NCBI RefSeq assembly: GCF_030144855.1
Contig: NC_082718.1
Span: 48,484,001 to 48,548,000 of the forward strand
Length of the DNA stretch: 64,000 nucleotides
Source: Hypanus sabinus
Taxonomy: Eukaryota
Direction of reading: 5' to 3'
Made by a program: the position numbers and the translations under genes. Positions 13,476 through 25,649 of this stretch are shown piece after piece (positions within the stretch are counted from its first letter, which is position 1; each line of letters starts with the position of its first letter). The notes below the pieces were generated by a model, which was not told the DNA's origin, made no database searches, and saw only the letters and a list, made by a program, of their open reading frames with translations.

Positions 13476-13828
13476 TGCCTTTTCTGGCTTATTTCCTTGT
13501 TTAAGTCTCTTTTTTGAAGTATTAATATGCATGCAATCACACTCAGAGTTTGTTTCACTTCAGTCGCTTTTTGAACTATCTTTAATCAGTACTATTGTTG
13601 CAAAATGGCATCCTTTTGGAGTTAACTATGACAGGAAAAATACTTGTATTGGTTTACAGTAAAGCACAAGTATTAATTTATTTCTCAGCATATGTTTTAA
13701 TTAAATGGGTAAAATCTCAGAAAAATCTGAGCCACAAACTTGAAATAGTTTTTTACTCTGCTTTATTTCTAAGACTGTTTATCGTCCTCCCCAGATGCAG
13801 CCTAAATTGCTCAGTTCTTCCATTATTT

Positions 13829-14590
13829 TAGACCATAAGAGATAGGAGCAGAATTAGGCTATTTGGCCCATCGAATCTGCTCTGACATTCAATCATGGCT
13901 GATCCTTTTCTCCCCTCCACAACCCCACTCCCCAGCCTTCTTCCTGTAAACTTTGATCCCATAACCTTTGATGCCATGTCCAATCAAAAGAACTTATCAA
14001 TCTCTGCCTTAAATATACCTGATGACTAGGCCTCCACAGCTGCCTGTGGTAATAAATTCCACAAATTCACCACCCTCTGGCTAAAGAAATTTCTCTGCAC
14101 CTGTTTTAAAAGGACGTCCCTCTATCCTGAGGCTGTGTCCTCTTGTCCTCATCTCTACCACCATGGGAGACATCCTTTCCGCAAATACTCTGTCTAGGCC
14201 TTTCGACGTTCGAAAGATTTCAATGAAATTATCCCTCATCCTTCTAAATTCCAGTGAGTACAGACCCAGAGCCATCAAACTTTCCTATGATAACCCTTTC
14301 ATTCCCAGAATCATCCTTGTGAACCTCCTCTGGACCCTCTGCAATGCCAGCACGTCTTTTCTTAGATGAGGAGCCCAAAACTGTTCACAGTACTCAAGAT
14401 GAGGTCTCACCAGTGCCTTATAAATTTAGCCTCAGCATCACATCCCTGCTCTTGTATTCAGGATCTCTTAAAATGAATGCTAACATTGAATTTGCCTTCC
14501 TCACCACCGACTCTACCTGCAAGTTAACCTTTAGGGTGTTCTGCACAAAGACTGCCAAGTCCCTTTGCTTCTCAGATTTTTGGATTTTCT
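13829..14590 (-). mobile_element. CR1 3' fragment inserted into a Penelope-like tail
   Basis: LGLYSLEFRRMR...TRGHSL; 8-bp TSD CATTATTT at 13821-13828 and 14591-14598. Confidence 0.9.
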
Positions 14591-15352
14591 CATTATTTCG
14601 TTTGTGTTCAACATTTGCAGCATCTGTAAAATCACTTGAGCTTACTATTCCTATTTCAGAGTGAACCTGAGATACTTGTCCTCACAGGCATCCACGAAAA
14701 ATCACCAAAAATGAGCGACAGAAAAACGTAGGAAGCCAAAAGCCCCCTCTCCCTCCTCCCCAGTACAAGCAGCATCAAGCATCAAGACCTCCTCCCCTCT
14801 GCCTGCTTCAACAAAAAGTGTCAGTGCCCCTTTTATATGGACATGTTTATACATACCCTATTGACCGATCATAGTCCTTGTAGCCAGTTCACCACAAGCA
14901 GTAGCAGGTTATGATAAAGGAAGGGGTCTAAAGAGAGGTGGAAAGCAAGAGGGGATAAAGGAAGGGGTCCAAAAAGAGGAGGAAAGTGAGGAAAGGAAGA
15001 AGAAACATAGAGACTTACTTTCTTGTTGAGTGAATCATGAAATCACTTTTATACTCACCAGCACATTTCTCCATTGCTCACCATCTGCCCATGTTTGGAC
15101 ACAATGAAAGCATTAAAAAACAAATAAACAGTCGAGACCAGAAGTATAAACCATATCGGATTATAAACAAATTGCAGTGAGTTACCCAAGTCCCCAAGTG
15201 TACTGTGGACTGATACTGCTGATTTGCAGTGGAGAATTCCTGATGGATATGCAGCATCTCATTGAACATTTCTGGTCAAGAAGGCCCAGACCCAGAATGC
15301 ACAATCACAACATGAGCAGTAACAGAGGAACACACACAAAGTGCTGGAGGAA

Positions 15353-16205
15353 ATCCAAGTGGCTGCCTCTTCGAGCTCGTCTGTAGAAACAGCTTAAACT
15401 GCTCTCTTTAACGTCTCATTTTTTTTTCCCTTTTCAAGGTGGTTGGGGTTCTGTCGAGGTCCTAATCTGCAAGTGGCACTCAAGCTGTTTTTTTTTACTG
15501 CGGATGAGTTCCTATTCATGGAGCTCACCAGCCGACATTTTCCGACATTCTCCAGGTCCGACTTGGAAGATGGCACCTCCGGAAGGAGGCTCTGTGGGCA
15601 ACCGATTCCAGGCTGGTGTTGCTGACCAAGGCTTCGCAAGGAGAGGGAACATCAGGATTTTCGCCGCGGTGGATGTATGGACAGAGATCTCTGCCATCAA
15701 GCAAATCGCACTTCCTCATTCTTCCAACGGTGGGAAGAGTTTGCTGCTGATCCTTGAGCCGGGAATCTCGGAATAAAAAAAAGCAAAGCGGCAGAGTGTA
15801 ATATCGTAACAGTCACTGTCAGCCGCACCCCCCCCCCCCGTTTTGCTGTGAAATGGGTGATATCTCTCTGACCCTTGTCAGTGAGGGAAAGAGCCTGTGG
15901 CATGTCAAACTGTTCAGTAAACAACCGTGACTGCAGATCACGGTCTCTCTTTGGGTGCTTTGACGTTCCTTGGTGACTGGTGGGGGTCTGGCTCTTTTTG
16001 CTGAACCGGGTGGGAGGGAGGTTGACCTGTTGATGTATGCTGCTGCTTGTGCGGGAGTGGTGGGGGGGGGGTGGTGTTAGGGTTCTAATATCTTTCTGTC
16101 GTTCATTCTTTAGGGGCCCTCCTGTTTTTCATGGACGTCTGCGAAGACAAGTATTTCTGCTTGCGTACGGTATACATTCACTTATAGTAAACAAAACCAT
16201 TTGAA
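15353..16205 (+). mobile_element. GC/CpG-rich non-autonomous retroposon (about 850 bp) nested in a Penelope-like terminal repeat
   Basis: Splits the host motif ...GCTGGAGGAA|TTCAGAAGGTC...; GAA repeated at both junctions; family not identified. Confidence 0.65.
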
Positions 16206-16242
16206 TTCAGAAGGTCCAGCAGCATCCACAGAAATAAATAAA

Positions 16243-16277
16243 CAGCCGACGTTTTGGGCTAAGACCTTCTTCAGGAT
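16243..16277 (-). ncRNA. Degenerate minimal hammerhead ribozyme motif (G12>A)
   Basis: Minus strand reads ATC-CTGAAGA-AGGTCTTAGCCC-AAAAC-GTC-GGCTG. Confidence 0.6.
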
Positions 16278-17065
16278 AATGGAACAACAATCTGCACTGG
16301 TGGCCAAGGACTCTGGCGAAGCAGGATGCTGTCGTCCTCTGACAGGTCATCAGAATTTTACTTCATGGTGGCACCATTTTTTCTGGGTAGTTCTAAGCAA
16401 TACAAGTACAGAAGATGGGTGGACTCCATTGGAATCTGTAAGGCCATTTGAGCCTAATGGCAGTTTTCTGAACTTGTGTCATCTAGCTGTAAAAAACTAC
16501 AAAAGAAATCTCTGTGATACAGGATATTGCTTCTGCAATTTACCAGATTCTGTAGTATGTCTCCAAGCTGGCATGGGAATGCTCCAGGACTGGGCCTGCA
16601 CTCTCCCATGCTCTGAAATTTGCAGCCATTTGCACATGCACCAAGCACTGCACTGTTCACGCCCTGCAAACTACTCCTACAAATGCACTCCATGTGACAT
16701 TTCTACTGTAGAACACAAGTGTGAACCAGAGTAGGGAGGGGGGATTAGGAGGGAAATTGGTTGCTGGAACTTACAATATTGGACTATTAGACTAAATGCA
16801 ACTGCCTTTTTTTCTCAGATTTACTTGCATGATAGCATTCTCGTATGAAGTTGCAGGGAAATGGAGTACAGGTGAATAAACTAATCAGTTATAATTGATT
16901 GCCCCCTGGCAAAAATTAAGGGCTAAGTTTATGAAATGATATTCCCACTGTGGAACCTAGCCTGGGGACCTGAGTCCATGTGATGCCCAGATAGGGATGG
17001 AATTGGTCACAAAATTTGGTAGATATGCTCCTTGTAGCCAAGATTCCAAGTTAGGGTTGTGACTT

Positions 17066-17139
17066 TTTATTTCCGCTTTTCACTTCATACAGCTGGTTTG
17101 AAGAAGAAAAGCAAACTAATTTGAAATAAGAGGTTTATT
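17066..17139 (-). terminator. Candidate ANO2 polyadenylation signals (AATAAA at 17134-17139 and 17066-17071)
   Basis: Two minus-strand AATAAA hexamers about 520 and 590 nt past the stop in repeat-free sequence; usage not verifiable. Confidence 0.4.
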
Positions 17140-17658
17140 TTACCCACAGTAGGCATTTTTGGGCAGGCTTATTAAACAGCTGCCTTGGTTATGATCCAAA
17201 GAACCATTGTAAACTCTATATTGTCTATTTAAAACTCTTTTTTAAAAACACAAACAGCAATTTACTTATTATTTTAATGATGAACTTTACATGATCACAA
17301 ACATTTAAATACATCAAATGACTGATCTCAACGACTAATCCTAATAGGCTCAAACTTATCAAGTTCCCCTTAGGTCCCTTTCTGACTTTGCAGTCAAGTT
17401 AAATGACAGCCATCTGTTTACGCTGATACCTTCCTATTGTTTTTCAATAAGTTCTTACACACAAAGTTGTGTACTTGTTGTGTCAAGCTGCGATCTTGCT
17501 TTTCCTGTGGTCTTGCAGTCCAGTCTGTACACATCACCATGATTTTCTGAGTAAGAGCATTGTAGTTGCAGCTTATCTCAGATAGCAAACTTTCTCGTGT
17601 TCCCCCTAATGTCACAACGTCAAGTGCACACGGGTTAGTCCACTGAATCACTGTAGGC

Positions 17659-17940
17659 TTAGACATCGGTGTGCCTTAGGCTATAAGATGTCAACTTGCA
17701 TTGCTGACTCCTGTTGGGCTGGGAGAAGCTGGCTGCTCGAGCCTTTCGAACGTCACTGCTAGGGTTTTGCTTCTGCCTGTCCCGTACAAAGAAACTCTCA
17801 ATTAGAGTAATTCTCTCCTGCTCTTCCTTCAGGAACACATCGACGAGAAGTGTCTTCTCCCTTTTCATGCGTACGCTGACGTCCTTGGGAATATCGGGGA
17901 TCAGCCAGTGAAGAACATCACTTAAAAACATCACCAGGTT
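17659..17940 (-). CDS. ANO2: ANO2 last coding exon (282 nt) NLVMFLSDVLHWLIPDIPKDV...SYSLRHTDV*
   Basis: tttcag|AAC; TAA at 17659-17661; WxIPDIP motif and T-x-V terminus. Confidence 0.96.
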   Translation of the reverse strand, partial: NLVMFLSDVLHWLIPDIPKDVSVRMKREKTLLVDVFLKEEQERITLIESFFVRDRQKQNPSSDVRKARAASFSQPNRSQQCKLTSYSLRHTDV

Positions 17941-18199
17941 CTGAAATTCAAGAAAGAGGACACTGGGTGATTAGAGGGTTCACTTGTGACAGCCTCACAT
18001 TGCCCCTCAGTGCCCTCCAGGGTGTAAAGTATGGGTAGGGGAAAAAGTCAGTCTTAATCTGTGTTCAGCAGGGGGTAAATTACCGACAACATATACTGCA
18101 ATCTCAGAGAGAAGAGTCCCAGTGCATTGAAGGCAGTCCTGTGCTCTTTGAAAGAGATGCTGCAAAAACACAAGATAATAGCTACTCCAGCCTGTTCCA

Positions 18200-18460
18200 A
18201 CATTCAGTATGATTATGATGAATCTATGTCAGGCCTCTTCTCTGATAGAAGTTAGGCTGCTGTTCCATGCTCTGCATTTGATGGTGCTGGTGCTGCTGCA
18301 ACTTATTTTCTGCTACCTATCTATTTAATACTGTTTTTCTATTACTGTCTTGTTTTTATCTATCACTTTATTTAATTGCCTGAGAGGAAGCCAAACAGAG
18401 TTTCATTGTATCTGTGTGTAATGACAATAAAGATCATTCATTCATACATTCATTCATTAG
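18200..18460 (+). mobile_element. LINE 3' tail fragment ending AATAAA-(CATT)n
   Basis: ATGACAATAAAGATCATTCATTCATACATTCATTCATT. Confidence 0.55.
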
Positions 18461-18469
18461 AACAGAATG

Positions 18470-19256
18470 ATGCGGATGGGTGATGAAGGACATCTGGAGT
18501 CTGGGCCTCTACTCCACTCTTGAAGACCTATGATGTGGACATGGGCCAAAGGACATCCGGAGTCTAGACCTCCTCTCTGTCCTCAAAAGCCAGAGGCATG
18601 GGCATGTGATGAACGACAGCTGCAGACGTTGGGTTGGCAAGTGCTGTGGACGAGGAAATGGTGGCTCACTGGGTCAGCAAGTCCCCCAGGTCATGGGTCC
18701 CAGGATGAGATATCCATGTGACTAGGAGACAGGAGATTCCCCGACCCCCTAGCTATACAAGTCAGTGAGTTCGGAGTTTGAGGCCAGGAGTTGGGGTTCT
18801 GTTTTTTGGGATTGATACCAAAGATCAAAGCCTGAAGATCACTGGGAAGTCCATAAGTCAAAGCCCAATATCAGAAGCCCTGGATCAAAGATTTTGAAAG
18901 TCCACTGGTGAAGTCGAAGGTCCAATTGTCTGCAAATCCCTGGGTCTACTGGAAGCGGGAGGCCCAGAGGCCTACCCGAGTTTGGAGGACTATCTGTGTG
19001 TGCAGCTGATGTGTAGGTGGCTGGGAGGGAGGAAATGTTTTGTTTTCCTGTTGTGCTGTTGCTCGCTATATTCTGTCTTGTTGTGTTCTCTGTTGTTCTG
19101 CTGAGCATTGAAACAATTCTAGGTTGACACTGGAATGTATGGCAGCACTTGCAGGCTGCCCCAGCATATCTTTGGGTTTTGTTGGTTTGTAACACAAATG
19201 ATACATTTCACTGTATGTTTCGATGCACATGTGGTAAATAAATGAATCTGAATCTC
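18470..19256 (+). mobile_element. Non-LTR retroposon with (GAATCT)n tail
   Basis: 3' end AAATAAATGAATCTGAATCT; homologous to 2000-2270; 5' limit uncertain. Confidence 0.6.
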
Positions 19257-20164
19257 AACATCTACCCAATCAGACTAATTCCTGATCCCTCCTCATAACA
19301 ATGCAATCAATGTCCCTTTTCAAGGATATAACTTCGGATGTTAGTAGTGAATATGTCTGCACCAACATTAGTTCCCCTCTGATTGTTATGCCAACTGTAT
19401 CCCTTAGTTACTGATTATCTTACTGGTAGAAGCATTTGTTTTAAAGTTTATCAAAATCCTCCAGATCTTTCAGCACCTTTATTGCACATACCCTGACCTG
19501 TTTGCATTCAAAACTGCAGTCCTTTATTTCTTCAAAATTACACTTATTCTCCTTTCTAGGTCTTGGCATCTTTCTTATAATGCAACATTCAAAACAACAA
19601 TACTGCCCCACTTTCTTACACATTTGCTCTAATTTTCCTGAGTGGGTGCTGCTGCTCATGTTGCCTGCCTGCATTTCCCAGTTTGTGTTTCTGGATTTGG
19701 AAGACTAGTCCTGTTGGTGGAGATGGTCCTAGAACCCACAGGCCATTCATTAGCAGTGATGAATCCTGAATGACATAACTGGGTAACTAAGATGGTGAAA
19801 GAGACTGCTGCCCACAACATGCACCTGTTCAAAGTTGACAAAAAGTAAAACCAGCTCCAACCTCATCCCTAGCTCTGCAGTACACCATAGCTCTCAAAAG
19901 TCTTGACTCTTTTACAGGTGGATGTAAGACATTCCAGTATTGATATCCATGTGAATAGGAGACACGAGATTCACTGACCCCCCCCCCCCCCACTGGCATT
20001 ATTTCAAAGAACAGTGCTACGTGGTTTGGAATAACTTATTTGATTGTGCAACTCGAGTCTGAGGAGTTAGAAAACAACCATACAATCAAAGCAGTGGTTC
20101 CAGATCAAAATGCATTCATTGCAACAAAAAAAAATCAAAAACACTGTGGTACTTTGTTTTAGGG

Positions 20165-20872
20165 AACAAGAAGTGACCCAAAATACACCCAAAGTGCTGG
20201 AGGAGCTCAGCAGGTCAGACTTCTATGGCAAGCAATGTTTTAGGCTGAGACCCTTCAACAGGACTGGAAAAAAAGAGATTAGAAGTCAGAATAAAAAGGT
20301 GGGGGGAGTAGTGGAAGTTCAAGAAATTGACGTTGAGGTCACACAGGTCGGAGGAGCACCACCTTACATTCTGTCTGGGTAGCCTCCAACCTGATGGCAT
20401 GAACATCGATTTCTCGAACTTCAGGTAATTACCCCCCCCCCCCCCACCACTGCTTCTACTTTAGCATTCCCCATTCCCATTTCCCTTTCTCACCTAATCT
20501 GCTTATCTGCCCATCACCTCCCTCAAGTGCTCCTCCGCCTTCCCTTTCTCCCATGGCCTTCTGTCCTCTCCTATCAGATTCCCCCTTCTCCAGCACTGTA
20601 TCCCTTTCACCAATTGACTTCCCAGCTCTTTACTTCATCCCTCCCCCTCTCCTAGTTTCACCTTATATCAACTACCACCCTGTATCTCTTCCTTTCCTCC
20701 CTCCACCTTCTTACTCTAACTTCTAATTTTTTTTTCCAGTCCTGATGAAGGTCCTCAGCCCAAAACATCATCTGTTTAATCTTTTCCACACGTAGTGTCT
20801 GGCCTGCTGAGCTCCTCCAGCATTTTGAGGGTATGACTTTCATTTCCAACATCTGCAGATTTTCTCTTGTTG
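20165..20872 (+). mobile_element. Penelope-like element with inverted 5' arm, GIY-YIG C-terminus, pyrimidine-rich spacer and hammerhead motif
   Basis: 20335-20428 encodes ..EEHHLTFCLGSLQPDGMNIDFSNFR*; hammerhead motifs at 20231-20266 (-) and 20737-20774 (+). Confidence 0.85.
20737..20774 (+). ncRNA. Degenerate minimal hammerhead ribozyme motif
   Basis: CAGTC-CTGATGA-AGGTCCTCAGCCC-AAAAC-ATC-ATCTG. Confidence 0.6.
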
Positions 20873-21564
20873 CGATTCAAGAAGTGAATAACTTCTCCGC
20901 CCTGCATTCTGCACTACCAGTTTTCCATGTCAAAATGACACCATCATTCACAAAGAATACTGCTTTACAGACAATCAGTTCCCTGCAGTTACCTGAATCA
21001 CTGATACAAAGCACACTAAGGTAGCCTGCAAAACATTAATCACATTGATTCTCTCTCCACAAGTACTGATTCAACCTTCACGAGATATCAGACAGTTGCC
21101 CACATTCTTTCTGAAATCAACAACAGCCTCAAATAACCTTCAGGAATAATCAACGATAATGGATCATAGAAACGATTAAGCCATAATTAAGGGCACACAG
21201 GCTGACTGAAGCATGGGCCCTTCAGTTAAACACTCTGCCCTAGGTAAATGACCTACTGTCAGAAAGTCCCATTACTAGCTTAGTAAACTGCAGAGCATTA
21301 GGAATCATAGGACAAAGGAGATTGCAGCCCAGAAACCCAATAGTTCTATGAATAGTTCACCAAAAGCTTCCCCATAAACATTACTTCCTGCCATTTTCCC
21401 ATTCTGCTGGATATTTTACATTTGCCTCAAACTCCATTTTTACATTTTGATTCTTCAGCTAGATCTTAGAACAGTGGGGTTTAACCATCCAGTCCTGTTT
21501 TGACTTGTGCTCCCCTTCAGAGGAATTGAATGGAAAGGGATGACAACATTATTGACTGGCTACC

Positions 21565-22150
21565 CACACAAAATGCTGGTGGAACGCAGCAGGCCAGGCA
21601 GCATCTATAGGAAGAAGTACAATCGACGTTTTGGGCCGAGACCTTTCATCAGGACTAACTCAAAGAAGAGATAGTAAAAGATTTGAAAGGGGGAGGGGGA
21701 GATCCAAAATGATAGGAGAAGACACGAGTGGGAGGGGTGAAGCTAAGAGCTAGAAAGTTGATTGGTAAAAGGGATACACTGCCGGAGAAAGGAAAGGATC
21801 ATAGGACGGAAGGCCTAGGGAGAAAGAAAGGGGGAGGGTAGCACCAGAGGGAGATGGAGAGCAGGCAAGGAGTGATTGTGAGAGGGGCAGAGAGAGAAAA
21901 GAAAAAGGGGGAAAAATAATAAATAAACAGATAGACAAATAAATAAATAGACAGACAGACAGGTAGATAAATAAGGGATGGGGTAAGAAGGGGAGGAGGG
22001 GTATTATCAGAAGTTAGAGAAGTCAATATTTATGCCATTAGGTTGGAGACTACCCAGACAGAATATAAGGTATTGTTCCTCCAACCTGAGTGTGGCTTCA
22101 GCTTGACAACAGAGGAGGCCATGGATAGACATATCAGAATGGGAATGGGA
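21565..22150 (-). mobile_element. Penelope-like element 3' part (GIY-YIG end, TTTA/TCTG microsatellite, hammerhead, tail)
   Basis: Minus strand 22150-22005 encodes SHSHSDMSIHGLLCCQAEATLRLEEQYLIFCLGSLQPNGINIDFSNF**. Confidence 0.88.
21620..21657 (-). ncRNA. Best-preserved minimal type I hammerhead motif (single core change G12>A), sense to the ANO2 pre-mRNA
   Basis: TAGTC-CTGATGA-AAGGTCTCGGCCC-AAAAC-GTC-GATTG; helix I TAGTC/GATTG pairs with wobbles. Confidence 0.72.
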
Positions 22151-22385
22151 ACTCACCACTGAAAAAAGCAATTGCAGTTATTGCTCATGCAATCCCTGAG
22201 TATGATAGATTGTTCATAACTAAAGTTGTTAAAGCCTATTAAGTTAAAGAAATGGACATAGATCAACTATTATCTCACTGAATGGTCCAACAAATTCAAT
22301 GTGCTGACTAGATTTTTTAAATAATACACACTGATTAACATGCCCTTTCAGCCAAGCCTGTGAAATGTTCCCCAGACAATAGTGA

Positions 22386-22478
22386 TTGTCCCAATGAAGA
22401 GTCTCGGCCAGAAACGTTGACTGTCTAGTTACCTCCCTGCCTGACCTACTGAGTTCTTTCAGCATCTTGTGCATCACA
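22386..22478 (+). mobile_element. Penelope-like terminal fragment with hammerhead remnant, inverted relative to 21565-21660
   Basis: TTGTC-CCAATGA-AGAGTCTCGGCCA-GAAAC-GTT-GACTG followed by the tail. Confidence 0.72.
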
Positions 22479-24228
22479 TCAGTGATTGTTCCATAGCAAA
22501 AACTGAGGAAGTATTCAACCAGGGGAGAATACTGCACTGAAGTGCAATTATACTAATCCAGATAAGGAAAGCTCCCTGACCATAATCAGCTGATGCTGGG
22601 GACACATTACTTAATGCTTAATAAATGGAAAACTGGAAGAAAAATCATCGAAGTCACTTTTCCACCAAGTCAAATATCAAGCAGATTGCAAACTCATCTG
22701 CTTTTAACCTGGCTGTGGTTGTAGTGAAACCCTTCGTCATTCTCAGCTATAAACAGTATGCTTGTGGCAGCCTGTCAGGCCGACCAGTCACTTTCTGCTT
22801 CCATGTGTAAAATGGCGATGGTGAAACAAGGTCAACAGAGCACCTAAAACCTTTGTGGAAGGTGAGGGTGGCAAACAATTTCCCCAGTCAATTATATTTC
22901 AGGTCTATATTCTGTGAAGTGTACAAGACTTGGGGTTAAGTGACCTACAGTGTCTGATTTGGGGCATTCCTGTGCTTTACTGAGCAGGGTATATGACTAA
23001 GCAACACAACTAATATGACCGTTGTCAAGTTATTTTGGTAATGAATGATTATGATCTGAATTGAAGTTTCCTCTCTGATTCGTTTGTTCTGCAATGGCTT
23101 GTACTGAGGATGGGAACCTTGAGAGAGGATGAGAAAAAAGAGCCAGGTTGACTGGTGAAATGAAACTCTTGTTCTGTGTTGCCCATTCTCTAGATTATGT
23201 GTCAGGAACAATGAGTGACTGATTGCTTGAACAGGAAAACATCGATTTCATCTTGTTCAAAGTGAAACATGATGCTTTGCGTGATTAAATACACAAAGTG
23301 CACCTTAAAATGGCTGACTGGTGCAATTGTTTCCAATGAACCTTATCTTGAATTCCATGAGCAAATTTTCATTGCAAATTAAGAGTGGGGTTCATTTGCT
23401 TTAAACATTAGCCCTTCAAAGCAACTGCCTACCCAATACTTCTCATGATCCATCTTCTCTTCCTATACCAAGTTCTCGTTTTATCTTCACTGAGTACTCA
23501 GGCCTATCATTATTTCTGGTAATTTAATTAGGGCTCTTTTGATTTCAAACTATCGTTAGTTTCTTCTATCAAAGACTTGATTATTTTTCCTTTGGGTTCT
23601 TGTGCTTGGTTGAATATTGACACTGATGGTGACAATGGTCACAGTGTGGAGAGGTTATTTGGTTTGTATTGGGAATATGAATTTTCAGGCTGCTCATGTG
23701 AACTGTCTTTCAGTCATGGAGTCCATGTTGGACAGGTGTGTGACAATACCTCTCTCCCATGCTCAATCCATAGTCTTCATAGTCTTCTTCTGCCTATGGT
23801 CACTGCTGATCTTTATACTCTGTCTCGTGTCCCTCAGGCAGAGAAGAGAATGCCTGATCTTTTCAGGGATGTTCTTGAACTTCTAGGTTCCTCTGTTCTG
23901 TAAGACCCTGTACAGATCCTATCCTGGTTTGATCTCCCAAAGTTACGAGCATAAATGGAAAGGATCTTTGCACAGTTTTGTCCTTTGTGTGATATATTTT
24001 TAAAACCCTATTATCTGTATTGAAAGCCATTTGTCAATCTTCCCTTAGCCCACATACCCAGCTGATCAAAACCCTCTGCAAGTTTTCATAACCTTCTACA
24101 CTGTCTACTGCACCACCTATTTTAATATCATCCATAACATTACTAATCGTGCCTTGGACATTCCTATCTAATGATTTGTATGTAAGTTACAAACCAGAGG
24201 TCCCTGAGGCACACTAGTAGACACAGGC

Positions 24229-24395
24229 NNNNNNNNNNNNNNNNNNNNNNNNNNNNNNNNNNNNNNNNNNNNNNNNNNNNNNNNNNNNNNNNNNNNNNNN
24301 NNNNNNNNNNNNNNNNNNNNNNNNNNNNNNNNNNNNNNNNNNNNNNNNNNNNNNNNNNNNNNNNNNNNNNNNNNNNNNNNNNNNNNNNNNNNNNN
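24229..24395. other. Assembly gap (167 N)
   Basis: Run of n. Confidence 0.99.
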
Positions 24396-24421
24396 CCAGG
24401 CAGCATCTATAGGAAGAAGTA

Positions 24422-24459
24422 CAGTCGATGTCTCGGGCCAAGACCCTTCCTCAGGACTA
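24422..24459 (-). ncRNA. Degenerate minimal hammerhead motif in a Penelope-like fragment (24396-24462)
   Basis: TAGTC-CTGAGGA-AGGGTCTTGGCCC-GAGAC-ATC-GACTG. Confidence 0.62.
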
Positions 24460-25649
24460 ACTCTGTTTCCTACTTCTGAGCCAATTATGAATCCAATCTG
24501 CTTTCTCCCCCAGAATCCCATGTGATCTTATCTTCTACACTAGCCTGCAATGGGAGAGCTTGTCAAAGGCTTTTTTAAGGTCTGTATAGACAACATCCAC
24601 TTCCCTACCCTCATCTACACTGAACTCCAAGAGATTTTTCAGACATGACTTCCCACACACAAAGGTGTGCTGACTATTCCATTTGAAACCTTATCTCTCC
24701 AAGTATTGGTAGATGTTGTGCCTCAGAATCCCCTCCACCAAATTTCTCACTAGTGATGTCATTCTCAGTGGCCTGTGATGTCCTGGCTTGTTTTTAAAAC
24801 CTCTTTTTAAACAAAGGAGCACATTAGCCACTCTCTAGTCCTCCAGAATCTGACCTGAGCCATCGATGAAGCAAAAATCTTTGAAAGGGTCTCCACTACT
24901 TCTTCTCCGTCTTCCCCCAGGGTCCAAGAATGTACTAGGTCAGGCCCTAGGGATTTATCCACCTTAGGGCACTTTAAGGCTTCCAATACCTCCTCCCTGC
25001 TAATTCATATGTGGTCCAAGAAAACAGCAGTTACATCCCTTATTTCCTTAACTTCTATTGTTCTCCCCACACTAAAAATTGAAAAGCAATAGTCATTAAA
25101 AATCTCACTTATTTCTTTCACTTCCACTTACAGATATCTATGCTGATCTTTAAGGGAACCCATTCTCCCTCTAGTTATGCTTCTAATCTTAACATACCCG
25201 TAAAGTCACTTGGGATTTTGCTTCATTTTGCCTGCCAGATCTATCTCATATCATCTTCTTGCCCTCCTAACTTCCCTTTTACATGCACGCTTTCATTGCT
25301 TGTCATCATTACAGCAATCACTAGTTCCCCAGTGCTCATGCACAGTGTATGCCTTGTGCTTTTTCTTAACTAGAGTTCCAATACCGCTTGTCAACCAGGT
25401 TTCTGAAACCTGTCAACTTTGCTCTTTACCCTAACGGGTACATGCAGGCCCGGATCTCTTGACATCACATATTTAAAGGTCTCCCGCTAGGAAGACACTC
25501 CTTTCCTTTTAAAAAAATATTGCCCAGTCAAGCACTGCAAGATCCTGTTTATTGGCTCCAAAATTTGCTCTGCTCCAGTTCAGGATCTTAATTGATCAAT
25601 CAACCAATTACTTCTTTGTAATTATTTTAAATTAATAGAATTATGGCTA

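Noticed and set aside
16201-16734. 177-aa ORF
   Set aside because: Starts in a Penelope-like tail with a TTG start; no domain motif or splice support
1-17000. NTF3 or another neighbouring gene
   Set aside because: No neurotrophin-like ORF or coherent exon chain seen
24164-24521. ORFs containing X runs (also 39493-39681)
   Set aside because: Artefacts of N gaps
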